Source of the DNA: Olavius algarvensis Delta 4 endosymbiont
GTDB taxonomy: Bacteria > Desulfobacterota > Desulfobacteria > Desulfobacterales > CAJINA01
Length of the DNA stretch: 64,000 nt
Reading direction: 5' to 3'
NCBI GenBank assembly: GCA_905176665.1
Contig: CAJINA010000008.1
Span: 276-64,275, forward strand
Both the position numbers and the translations under genes were made by a program. Below are positions 1 to 8,350 of the stretch, piece after piece. A model generated the notes under the pieces. It was not told the DNA's origin. It saw nothing but the letters and a program-made list of their open reading frames with translations, and made no database searches. Each line of letters starts with the position of its first letter. The stretch's first letter is position 1.

Positions 1-2
1 TC

Positions 3-2069
3 GGCGGTTTGACGTTTACTTCGGGTGGGAACGGGACAGGTAGCATGAAATTTACCGGGACTGTCGCCAACATCAACACGGCAATGGATGGCATGAGTTT
101 TGATCCCACGCCGGCCTACAGCGGAGCGGCCAGCCTGCAGATCGATACGGACGACCTGGGAAATACCGGCGTTGGCGGAACAATGAGCGACAGCGACACA
201 GTGGCAATCACCGTCAATGCAACGAATACCCCGCCGAATGCTACAAACCTTAATGCAGCGGAAACATACACCGAAGATATTCCGCTCGATTTGACGAATA
301 TCGTTATTACAGATGCGGATAGCGCCAACGTCACCGCCACATTAACCCTCTCGAATCCGGCTACCGGCACACTGAACACCGATACATCCGGGCTGGTCAC
401 CTCCACCTTTGCCGCTGGCGTGTGGTCGGCCTCGGGCGCGATTGCCGATGTGAATACGTTGTTGGCCGGTGTTGCATTCACACCTACGGCCAATTTTAAT
501 GGCGGCTTTACCATCGCCACCAGCGTAGATGATGGCATTGCACCGGCCGTAACAGGCAATAAGGTTGTCACCGGCACCCCGGTCAACGATGCGCCGACCT
601 TAACATTGTTCTTAGGCCCGATTGATACGACCATAGAAGATACGCAGGGCGAGATTACATTCGCCGAGCTGGCCGCCCAAGGGGATGAGGCCGACCTGGA
701 AGGTACAGTGGGCGGTTTCGTCGTTACGGCGGTGAATAGCGGCACACTTTTGATTGGGGCCAATCCGGGCAGTGCGACGGCCTGGGCAGCCGGGACCAAC
801 GACACGATCGACGGGACCAACAATGCCTACTGGACGCCGGCCGCCGATGCCACGGGCACGTTGAACGCCTTCACAGTGGTTGCTGAAGATAATTCGAATG
901 CTGAATCGACAACCCCGATTCAGGCACAGGTGACGGTGACTGCTGTCAACGATGCGCCGACGGCTTCAAACCTGAACGCTGGGGAAGCCTATGATGAGGG
1001 GACACTCCTGAATCTGACCAACATCGTGGTCAGCGATGTGGACAGCGCCAATGTTACGGTTACCCTAACCCTGTCTGATCCGGCTGCCGGAACCCTCAGC
1101 ACCGGCACCGCCGGGCTGGTCACCTCCACCTTTGCCGTTGGGGTGTGGACGGCTTCGGGAGCCATCGCTGATGTCAATACCTTGCTGGCCGGCACGGCCT
1201 TCACCCCGGCGGCCGGCTACACCGCTGACTTTACCATTGCCACCAGTGTGGACGACGGTACGGCGCCGCCGGTGACAGGCGTTAAAAATGTATCCCCGGC
1301 TGCCCCTGCAGATCCAACCCCGCCGACACTGCCGGTGGACGACACCGACCCTGACCCCATAACCCCGCCTGATCCGGAACCCGAACCGGCACCGGAAGAA
1401 CCTCCGCCGACAGAACCCGAAGAAGATGCTTCCCCGGATGCCGATGCCTTGAACGAAGAGGAGTCGGGTGATAACGTAACGGAAATTCCACCGACAGCCG
1501 CCGGAGACGTGTCGTCACAGCAAAGGATCGGCGCGAGCACGCTGAGGGGATTTGGGCTGCGGGCCCTCCAAAGTGCAAGCCTCGCATTGGGCGCGGATCT
1601 CGAGGTGAATGCGGCCCGCGAAACAGCGCGCGAGGGTCAACCGGCATGGTCGGTAGTCCCGCCCCGGGCTGCATCAATGGCCTTCGGTACGCTATCGACG
1701 CAATTGGGCACGCTGACGGTACGTGCTATTGAATTTCTGGAAAGCTCGCTGGACGAGATGAAAAAAGAAACGGAAGAAGGGATCGCCCTCAACCAGGTGG
1801 CTGCCAGCTCAGCTATCGCCGTAACAACCGGTTTGTCCGTGGGCTACGTGGCCTGGCTGCTTAGAAGCGGCGTGCTGCTCAGCTCACTGCTGTCTTCCAT
1901 GCCGGCCTGGCGGGTTCTGGACCCGTTACCTGTGCTGGCCGGTAAACTGGGCTTTGACGAGGAGTCAGACGAAGAATCCCTGGAGAGCATCATCGAGCAG
2001 CCTTCGCCACCGTCCACCGATGACACCCCGGAAGAGGCGTCTGCCGCTTCTGAAGTGAAGGAAACGTAA
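3..2069 (+). CDS. Large repetitive surface protein/adhesin (cadherin-like/tandem-95-type repeats), C-terminal part; 5' end lies outside the window
   Basis: Frame is open from the window edge. T/A/D/G-rich VNDAP-type repeats, a Pro/Glu linker, then hydrophobic C-terminal motif GLSVGYVAWLLRSGVLLSSLLSSMPAWRVLDPLPVL and an acidic tail. Confidence 0.85.
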   Translation, partial: GGLTFTSGGNGTGSMKFTGTVANINTAMDGMSFDPTPAYSGAASLQIDTDDLGNTGVGGTMSDSDTVAITVNATNTPPNATNLNAAETYTEDIPLDLTNIVITDADSANVTATLTLSNPATGTLNTDTSGLVTSTFAAGVWSASGAIADVNTLLAGVAFTPTANFNGGFTIATSVDDGIAPAVTGNKVVTGTPVNDAPTLTLFLGPIDTTIEDTQGEITFAELAAQGDEADLEGTVGGFVVTAVNSGTLLIGANPGSATAWAAGTNDTIDGTNNAYWTPAADATGTLNAFTVVAEDNSNAESTTPIQAQVTVTAVNDAPTASNLNAGEAYDEGTLLNLTNIVVSDVDSANVTVTLTLSDPAAGTLSTGTAGLVTSTFAVGVWTASGAIADVNTLLAGTAFTPAAGYTADFTIATSVDDGTAPPVTGVKNVSPAAPADPTPPTLPVDDTDPDPITPPDPEPEPAPEEPPPTEPEEDASPDADALNEEESGDNVTEIPPTAAGDVSSQQRIGASTLRGFGLRALQSASLALGADLEVNAARETAREGQPAWSVVPPRAASMAFGTLSTQLGTLTVRAIEFLESSLDEMKKETEEGIALNQVAASSAIAVTTGLSVGYVAWLLRSGVLLSSLLSSMPAWRVLDPLPVLAGKLGFDEESDEESLESIIEQPSPPSTDDTPEEASAASEVKET
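231..1286 (+). repeat. Two ~110-aa intragenic domain repeats (approx. 231-563 and 955-1286)
   Basis: NLNAAETYTE...GVWSASGAIADVNTLLAG...FTIATSVDDG recurs as NLNAGEAYDE...GVWTASGAIADVNTLLAG...FTIATSVDDG. Confidence 0.85.
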
Positions 2070-2072
2070 TTA

Positions 2073-5000
2073 ATGGGTCGGTTGAATGTCAAATTCCGCG
2101 TGGTTATCGGCATGGTCGGCCTGGTGATCAGCCTCGTCTTTCTGGCCCTTTTTCTCGGCGTCATCCCGGACCGGATCGGCGCCGTGCGCGAGGGACGCCG
2201 TTCCCTGGCCGAAGCCCTGGCGGTGCACGGCGCGGGCCTGGTGATGCAATCCAGCTATCAGCGCTTGGAAGCCGACCTGGACTTGATCGCTAAAAGAAAC
2301 CCGGATCTGCTTTCCCTGGCCTTGAGGCGGACGGATGGCCGCAGCATCGTTTCAATCGGTGATCACGAGGGACACTGGCTGCCCATGGAAGCAAACTTCA
2401 CCCGGGCTAACCAGATCCGGGTGCCCATATCCGACGGCAAACAAAAGTGGGGGCAGCTGGAGCTGCGCTTCAAGCCCCTGCAACACGAGGGACTCAAGGG
2501 GGTTCTTCAAATTCCATGGGTCCAGATCGGGCTGTTCCTCGGGCTGGGGTGTTTTGTCGCCTTTTACCTGTATCTGGGCCGCGTGCTGCGTCAGCTGGAC
2601 CCCTCCCAGGCCATCCCCGGACGAGTGCGGGCCGCCCTTGACACCATGGCTGAGGGGTTGCTGGTCGTTGATCCGAAGGAACAGATCGTGTTCGCCAACA
2701 AGTCTTTCGCCGAAATGTTTCAACAATCGCCGGAGAAGTTTATCGGCCACAAGGCCGGCGAACTGCCCTGGATCGACACAGAGGGCAATAAGATAGAAAG
2801 AGAAAACCGTCCGTGGATCCAGGCCATGGAACAGGGGCAGCTGCAGACAAACCGCATGCTACGACTGCAGGTTTCGGACGACGAGTGGCGCACGTTCAAT
2901 GTCAACTGCGCGCCGGTACTGGGCAGTGCTGAAAAATGCGCTGGGGTGCTCATCGGCTTCGACGACGTGACGCTGCTCGAAAAAAAAGAGATCGAACTGC
3001 GCAAGTCCAAGGAAGAGGCCGAAACCGCCAACCAGGCCAAGAGCGTGTTTCTGGCCAGCATGAGCCACGAAATCCGCACCCCCATGAATTCCATTCTCGG
3101 TTTCACCGAGATCCTCAAACGCGGCTATGCCCACAGCAAGGAAGAGACCCGGCGACACCTCAACACCATTCATTCCAGCGGAAAAAACCTTTTGGCTTTG
3201 ATCAACGACATCCTGGATCTGTCCAAGGTGGAATCCGGCCACGTCGAGGTGGAAAAGACCTGGGGCGAGCCCCACCGGATTGCCCAGGAGGTCCTGCAGA
3301 GCCTGAAAGTCCAGGCGGATGCAAAAGGGCTGTATCTGCGCTTCAATGCGGAGAGTGCCCTGCCGCAAAAAACAGAGACCGATCCGGTCCGCTTCCGGCA
3401 AATTGTTTTCAACCTGGTGGGCAACGCCATCAAGTTCACGGAAACGGGGGGCGTGACGGTTGGTCTGCGCTTCGAGGACAACCGCGCCGGACCCCGCCTG
3501 ATTGTCGACATTAACGACACCGGCATCGGCATCCCGAGTGATAAAATCGAGAGCATATTCGACCCCTTTACCCAGGCGGATACCTCGATCACCCGCCGAT
3601 TCGGCGGAACGGGCCTCGGCCTGTCCATCAGTCGCAAATTTGCCCGCCTGCTGGGCGGCGATATCCGGGTGTCCAGTCAACCGGGCACGGGCAGCCTTTT
3701 CCGGGTTATCGTGGCTACGGGTGACACGACATCGATTCCTTTTCTCCAACCTGAGGAGATGGCGGTGACCCTGGATGAGATCGGTAATGACAAACCGGCC
3801 CGGTGGCGGTTTAACAAGGCACGCGTCCTGGTGGTAGAAGACGGTGTTGAAACCCGAGAACTCCTCCGGCTGCTGCTCACCCAGGCAGGCGTTGATATGA
3901 ACGAGGCGGAGAACGGGCTGGAGGGTCTCAAAAAAGCAACCGCCGAAACCTACGACGTCATCCTGATGGATGTAAACATGCCGGTTATGGACGGCTTTAC
4001 CGCGGCCGGGAAAATGCGCCAAAACGGGGTGCAGTCATCGATCATCGCCATGACCGCCAACGCCATGAAGGGCTCCGAGCAGGAATGCCTGGATGCCGGA
4101 TACTCGGGGTACCTCCCAAAGCCCATCGATATCGATCAGTTAATGCAATTGATGGCTGATCTCGTGGGTGGTGAGCAGATCCCGGAAACGGCAGACACAT
4201 CCCCCGCGTCCCCCGCACAGCAGAAACCCGCCACCCCCAGGAAGAAGAAAGGTGCCCCGGTTCCGCTCGTATCCAAGCTGCCGGGCGATAACGCGGCATT
4301 TCAAAAGATCATTGATAAATTTATTTCTCAGCTGCACAACAGGCTGGAGTCTGCCGTGCAGGCCAGACGCCAGGGCGATCTGGTTAAAGTCGCCGCCTTT
4401 GCCCACTGGCTCAAAGGGGCCGGCGGTAGCGTGGGCTTTGACGAGTTTACCGCGCCGGCCAAACAGCTCGAAGAGCTGGCCAAGGAAGGGGGCGACGAAT
4501 ACGGCATGGCCCAGGCCTGGAAAAATATTCACCAGTTGGTCGACCGCCTGAAGGTAACCGAAGATGCGCTCAGGGCGTCAGGGTCGGCCGACGGCCGGTC
4601 GGGCCCACCGCCTGTATCGACGGGCGCCCTTGCCCCGGCCGAAACCACGGGCAACAAGGTCAAACCGCTGTTTTCCCGTTATACCGAACTACCGGAATAT
4701 CAACCGACGATTCGGCTTTTCATCGAAACACTCGATATAAACATGTCAAAAATGGAGCAGGCCTTTACGCAGGGCGACTGGCAAGAACTGGTGGCCCTGT
4801 CGCACTGGCTGAAAGGGGCTGCTGGTACGGTAGGCTTTGGTGCGTTTACCAAACCGGCCGCGGAACTCGAAAAATCCGCCAAAGCACAACAGGCGGATCA
4901 GGCGGGCAGGATGTTGGCTCAGGTGAAGCGGCTGAAGGACGCGGCCCGGCCACCGGATGCAGGCGGGGGACACGACACAGAGACGGCAACTGTCACGTAG
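2073..5000 (+). CDS. Hybrid sensor histidine kinase (2 TM, PAS, HisKA, HATPase, REC, two Hpt domains)
   Basis: SHEIRTPM H-box, NLVGNAIKFT, DTGIGI, GGTGLGLSI, REC (ILMDVNMPVMDG), Hpt motifs AHWLKGAGG and SHWLKGAAG. Confidence 0.93.
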   Translation: MGRLNVKFRVVIGMVGLVISLVFLALFLGVIPDRIGAVREGRRSLAEALAVHGAGLVMQSSYQRLEADLDLIAKRNPDLLSLALRRTDGRSIVSIGDHEGHWLPMEANFTRANQIRVPISDGKQKWGQLELRFKPLQHEGLKGVLQIPWVQIGLFLGLGCFVAFYLYLGRVLRQLDPSQAIPGRVRAALDTMAEGLLVVDPKEQIVFANKSFAEMFQQSPEKFIGHKAGELPWIDTEGNKIERENRPWIQAMEQGQLQTNRMLRLQVSDDEWRTFNVNCAPVLGSAEKCAGVLIGFDDVTLLEKKEIELRKSKEEAETANQAKSVFLASMSHEIRTPMNSILGFTEILKRGYAHSKEETRRHLNTIHSSGKNLLALINDILDLSKVESGHVEVEKTWGEPHRIAQEVLQSLKVQADAKGLYLRFNAESALPQKTETDPVRFRQIVFNLVGNAIKFTETGGVTVGLRFEDNRAGPRLIVDINDTGIGIPSDKIESIFDPFTQADTSITRRFGGTGLGLSISRKFARLLGGDIRVSSQPGTGSLFRVIVATGDTTSIPFLQPEEMAVTLDEIGNDKPARWRFNKARVLVVEDGVETRELLRLLLTQAGVDMNEAENGLEGLKKATAETYDVILMDVNMPVMDGFTAAGKMRQNGVQSSIIAMTANAMKGSEQECLDAGYSGYLPKPIDIDQLMQLMADLVGGEQIPETADTSPASPAQQKPATPRKKKGAPVPLVSKLPGDNAAFQKIIDKFISQLHNRLESAVQARRQGDLVKVAAFAHWLKGAGGSVGFDEFTAPAKQLEELAKEGGDEYGMAQAWKNIHQLVDRLKVTEDALRASGSADGRSGPPPVSTGALAPAETTGNKVKPLFSRYTELPEYQPTIRLFIETLDINMSKMEQAFTQGDWQELVALSHWLKGAAGTVGFGAFTKPAAELEKSAKAQQADQAGRMLAQVKRLKDAARPPDAGGGHDTETATVT

Positions 5001-5349
5001 TGTTGTGTCCCTGAAATTTTTCATTAAAACCTGGTGTAACGGTAACATGCTTATAATACTTAAAATCCGAATATTGAAACCCGAATCAAAAAAGGTAAAT
5101 CACAATGAACTAAAGAAACATAAAAAGCCTGTCATTATAAACGTTAAGCGGCTGTTTTTGTCATTGGTCATTAGAATTTCGAATTTGTTTGCGGCGTTCG
5201 CCTTGAGAAGCTTGCGGATTTAATTAATCTCCAAAACCAGGATAGAACTGCGCCGGGAGGACGACTCCCCGAAGCTTACTGGAGAGAATGATCTGCTTTT
5301 ATACTGGAATTGTTAGACAAATGGCCTAAAATATTATAAAAGTCGACTC

Positions 5350-6204
5350 ATGATTGCCAACCTCAAATTAAGCCTGTTTCTGATCGTGGTCAGCGGGCTC
5401 CTGGCCGTCAGCCCCACCGTTTCCCATGCACTGGAAGTTCAGGCGGTAACCATGCCCAGCGCGGACATCACCCTTTCCTTCGTCATTTCCGGAAAAATCG
5501 CCGAGATTCATGTCAAAGAAGGCGATACTGTGGAAAAAGGTACCCTGCTGGCGGCCCTGGACGATGATCCCGAAAGAATTCAAACAGAGCAATTGAAGGT
5601 TCAGGCCGCGGACAAGATCCGCATCCTGTCGGCAAAAGCGGAATTGGCCCAGAAGATGGTGGACCTGGAAAAGTTTGATGCGGCCCGGCAAAAGGGTGCG
5701 GTCAGCGAATGGGAAGTCGCGCATATGAAGCTGAGTGTCCGGATGGCGAAGCTTGCGCTTCAGGCGGCGACCATCGAACATGAGCAGTTTCAGCGCCAGT
5801 ATTCCCAGGCCGTCCAACAACTCGCGCGTATGCGTATCGTGTCCCCGATTCCGGGACGCGTGGAAAAGGTCTTCGCGGAGGTTGGCGAAGGGGTTGAAAA
5901 ACTCGGACCAGTGGTTGAGTTGGTCGAGACGGATCCACTCTGGCTTGATGTCCCGGTCCCCCTGCCCCAGGCCAGGCATCTGGACAAGGGGCAACAGGCG
6001 GTGGTCCTATTTTCGGGAAATCCAACCGGTAAACCGGCTGATGGGCGGATTGTCTACATTTCATCTGTCGCCGACGCAGCCAGCGACACCCTGCGGGTCC
6101 GCGTCGAAGTAGGCAATTCTTCCGATCGTCCAGCAGGCGAACGGGTGACCGTCAGCTTTCCGCAAATCGGTAACAGCAAGGTCGCGGACAAATCCCAAAA
6201 TTGA
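5350..6204 (+). CDS. Efflux RND/HlyD-type periplasmic adaptor subunit
   Basis: Signal peptide, lipoyl-like GKIAEIHVKEGDTVEKG, coiled coil, IVSPIPGRV, beta-barrel C-terminus. Confidence 0.88.
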   Translation: MIANLKLSLFLIVVSGLLAVSPTVSHALEVQAVTMPSADITLSFVISGKIAEIHVKEGDTVEKGTLLAALDDDPERIQTEQLKVQAADKIRILSAKAELAQKMVDLEKFDAARQKGAVSEWEVAHMKLSVRMAKLALQAATIEHEQFQRQYSQAVQQLARMRIVSPIPGRVEKVFAEVGEGVEKLGPVVELVETDPLWLDVPVPLPQARHLDKGQQAVVLFSGNPTGKPADGRIVYISSVADAASDTLRVRVEVGNSSDRPAGERVTVSFPQIGNSKVADKSQN

Positions 6205-8030
6205 AAACAATGAGCGAACTGCAGCGAACCGACGGGGCACTTACCCGGATTCTCACGCGGGTTCTCGGCAGTCAGTGCCGGCAGGTGCGGGCGACTGGCG
6301 GCGTCATCCTACGATCCGTCGATAAGAAGAACCTGTCCATCCTCGCGACTTTTCCGCCATCCGACACCAATAGCGAGCGTCCCAAATGGATCTCCCCTGC
6401 CCTGGACGCCTGCCTGGAGGTCTTGTCCGTTGGTAATGCGGCGATTGTGCCGCCATCTTCGCAACAAGGCTCCGGGGCACCAAGCCGCAGCCATGCCATT
6501 ATTGCCATTCCGATTAAAAAAAAGAATAGTGTCCGAGCGGTGGCGGCGTTTCTCGTCCCCGAGAAAGACCCCCGGGAACTGGTGGCCCTAAAGGAGCAGC
6601 TGAAAAACACCTCCCTTTTACTGGACCATTGCGAGCTTATCCTGACTCTGAATAACCACCGAAAGGTGATTGATCGTCTCTCCCTGGTACTGGACGTCAT
6701 GGCGGTGTGCAACCAGGCCAGGCACTTCGCAAGCACCGCCGTGGCTTTGTGCAACGCGCTTGCCGATAAATTACGCTGTCACCGCGTCAGTTTAGGCGTA
6801 CTGGAAGGTCGCTATGTCCGCGTCCACGCCATAAGCCGCACCGAAACGTTCCGCCGGGAGATGAAGTTGACCCAGGACATCGAAGCGGCCATGGAAGAAT
6901 GCCTGGACCAGGATGTTGAGATCATGTACCCGGCGGAACCGGAGGCTGCTTTTGTCCAGCGCGCCGCCCGCCAGCTTTCCGAACAACACGGCCCAGCCGC
7001 TATTCTTACCCTCCCGATCCGACGAAACAGCCAACCAGCTGCGGTGCTTTTACTAGAACGCCCGGTCGACCATCCGTTCGCGGACCTGGATGAAATCGAA
7101 GCGGTCCGTTTGACCTGTGATCTCTGTGCGCCGCGACTTATGGAGCTTAGGGCTCACGACCGTTGGTTTGGGGCCCGCCTGGCGGCCGCGACTCGAAAGC
7201 GGGTCGGATCGATTCTCGGACCTCGTCACATCGGCCTCAAATTGGGAGCCGGTCTTGTTTTTCTCGCAGCCCTATTTCTGGTGTTTGCAAAAGGGGACTA
7301 CCGTATCGATGCACCGTTTGTTTTTGAAGCTGCTGTTAAGCAGTCCGTGGTGGCGCCATTTGATTCGTTTATCAAACGGGTTGCGGTGGATCCCGGACAG
7401 ACGGTCGAAGCTGATCGAACCATCCTGGGTGAATTGGAATCCGCTGATCAACGGCTGCAACTGGCGGCTTTGAAAGCCGAGCAGCTGGGGCACCGGAAAC
7501 AGCGCGCCGCAGCCATGCGGGACGGAAAGACATCCGCGGCCCAGATGGCTGAGGCGCAGATCGAAAAACTGGCAGCTCAGATCCGCCTGATCGAACGCCA
7601 TATCGAACAGGCTACCCTGGTGGCGCCGGTCACAGGACGCCTTGTGTCAGAGGATCTCAAACATCGACTCGGTGCTCCGGTGGAAATGGGCGCTGTTCTG
7701 TTTGAGTTCGTCCAGACCGAACAGCTGCGCGCGGAACTATTCGTACCGGAGGAGTCGATCCTCCTGGTCAACGTAGGCCAGTCCGGGGAATTAGCCGCTG
7801 TCGGCCGTCCCAATCAGAAGATCCGTTTTGTCATAGAACGCATCCATCCCATTGCCGAGGTGGTCGAACAACAAAATTCGTTCAGAGTGCGCGCCGGCCT
7901 GCTCAACCGGCCGGACTGGATACGGCCGGGCATGGAGGGGCAGGCCCGCATCGAGGTGGGGAGAAGGCACTATGCTTGGATCTGGACCCACCGGGTAACG
8001 GACTGGCTGAGGATGAAGCTCTGGCTCTAA
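6201..8030 (+). CDS. GAF-domain HlyD family adaptor protein
   Basis: N-terminal GAF-like regions, TM at ~aa 345-362, VVAPFDSFIKRVAVDPGQTV, LVAPVTG, C-terminal RPGMEGQARI. Alternative ATG at 6210. Confidence 0.85.
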   Translation: MKTMSELQRTDGALTRILTRVLGSQCRQVRATGGVILRSVDKKNLSILATFPPSDTNSERPKWISPALDACLEVLSVGNAAIVPPSSQQGSGAPSRSHAIIAIPIKKKNSVRAVAAFLVPEKDPRELVALKEQLKNTSLLLDHCELILTLNNHRKVIDRLSLVLDVMAVCNQARHFASTAVALCNALADKLRCHRVSLGVLEGRYVRVHAISRTETFRREMKLTQDIEAAMEECLDQDVEIMYPAEPEAAFVQRAARQLSEQHGPAAILTLPIRRNSQPAAVLLLERPVDHPFADLDEIEAVRLTCDLCAPRLMELRAHDRWFGARLAAATRKRVGSILGPRHIGLKLGAGLVFLAALFLVFAKGDYRIDAPFVFEAAVKQSVVAPFDSFIKRVAVDPGQTVEADRTILGELESADQRLQLAALKAEQLGHRKQRAAAMRDGKTSAAQMAEAQIEKLAAQIRLIERHIEQATLVAPVTGRLVSEDLKHRLGAPVEMGAVLFEFVQTEQLRAELFVPEESILLVNVGQSGELAAVGRPNQKIRFVIERIHPIAEVVEQQNSFRVRAGLLNRPDWIRPGMEGQARIEVGRRHYAWIWTHRVTDWLRMKLWL

Positions 8031-8045
8031 CCCGAGCATGCACCG

Positions 8046-8241
8046 CAAGGCAAAACCCTGCATCGCGCAGAGACGCAGAGCCGCAGAGAAACGCAAAACC
8101 AGGATTTGGTCGCACTGTCGTGCGAAAAACATTATTGAACTGCAGGGAATAAAAGCCTTTTGGTTTTAATCCCGCGAAGCGGAAAATATTCATGGTTTTC
8201 TCTGCGCCTCTGCGCGAGAATAGTGGTTTCACAGCACAGCC
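8046..8241 (+). repeat. Intergenic repeat family B (inverted CGCAGAG arrays)
   Basis: cgcgcagagacgcagagccgcagagaaa ... ttttctctgcgcctctgcgcgag. Homologous copies at 44619-44869 (reverse) and 63875-64000. Confidence 0.85.
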
Positions 8242-8350
8242 AAATATCTCTTTAATAGCTATCATGGCAAAACGACTGTGGCGAAGTTGAAGACCTTGCT
8301 CCCGACGGTCAAATATATAGGGGCGCAATACAAACATCTGGCAGGTAATC

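Noticed and set aside
5001-5349. AT-rich intergenic region as an ncRNA or riboswitch
   Set aside because: Probably the promoter region of the adaptor genes, but I could not support a specific motif or a well-spaced -35/-10 pair.
8047-8090. GGCAAA...GACGCA(A/G)AG resemblance to a c-di-GMP-I riboswitch (also near 63945)
   Set aside because: No GNRA tetraloop or receptor stem, the segment pairs with a distal inverted array, and it is part of a dispersed repeat. An Infernal search with the c-di-GMP-I model would settle it.
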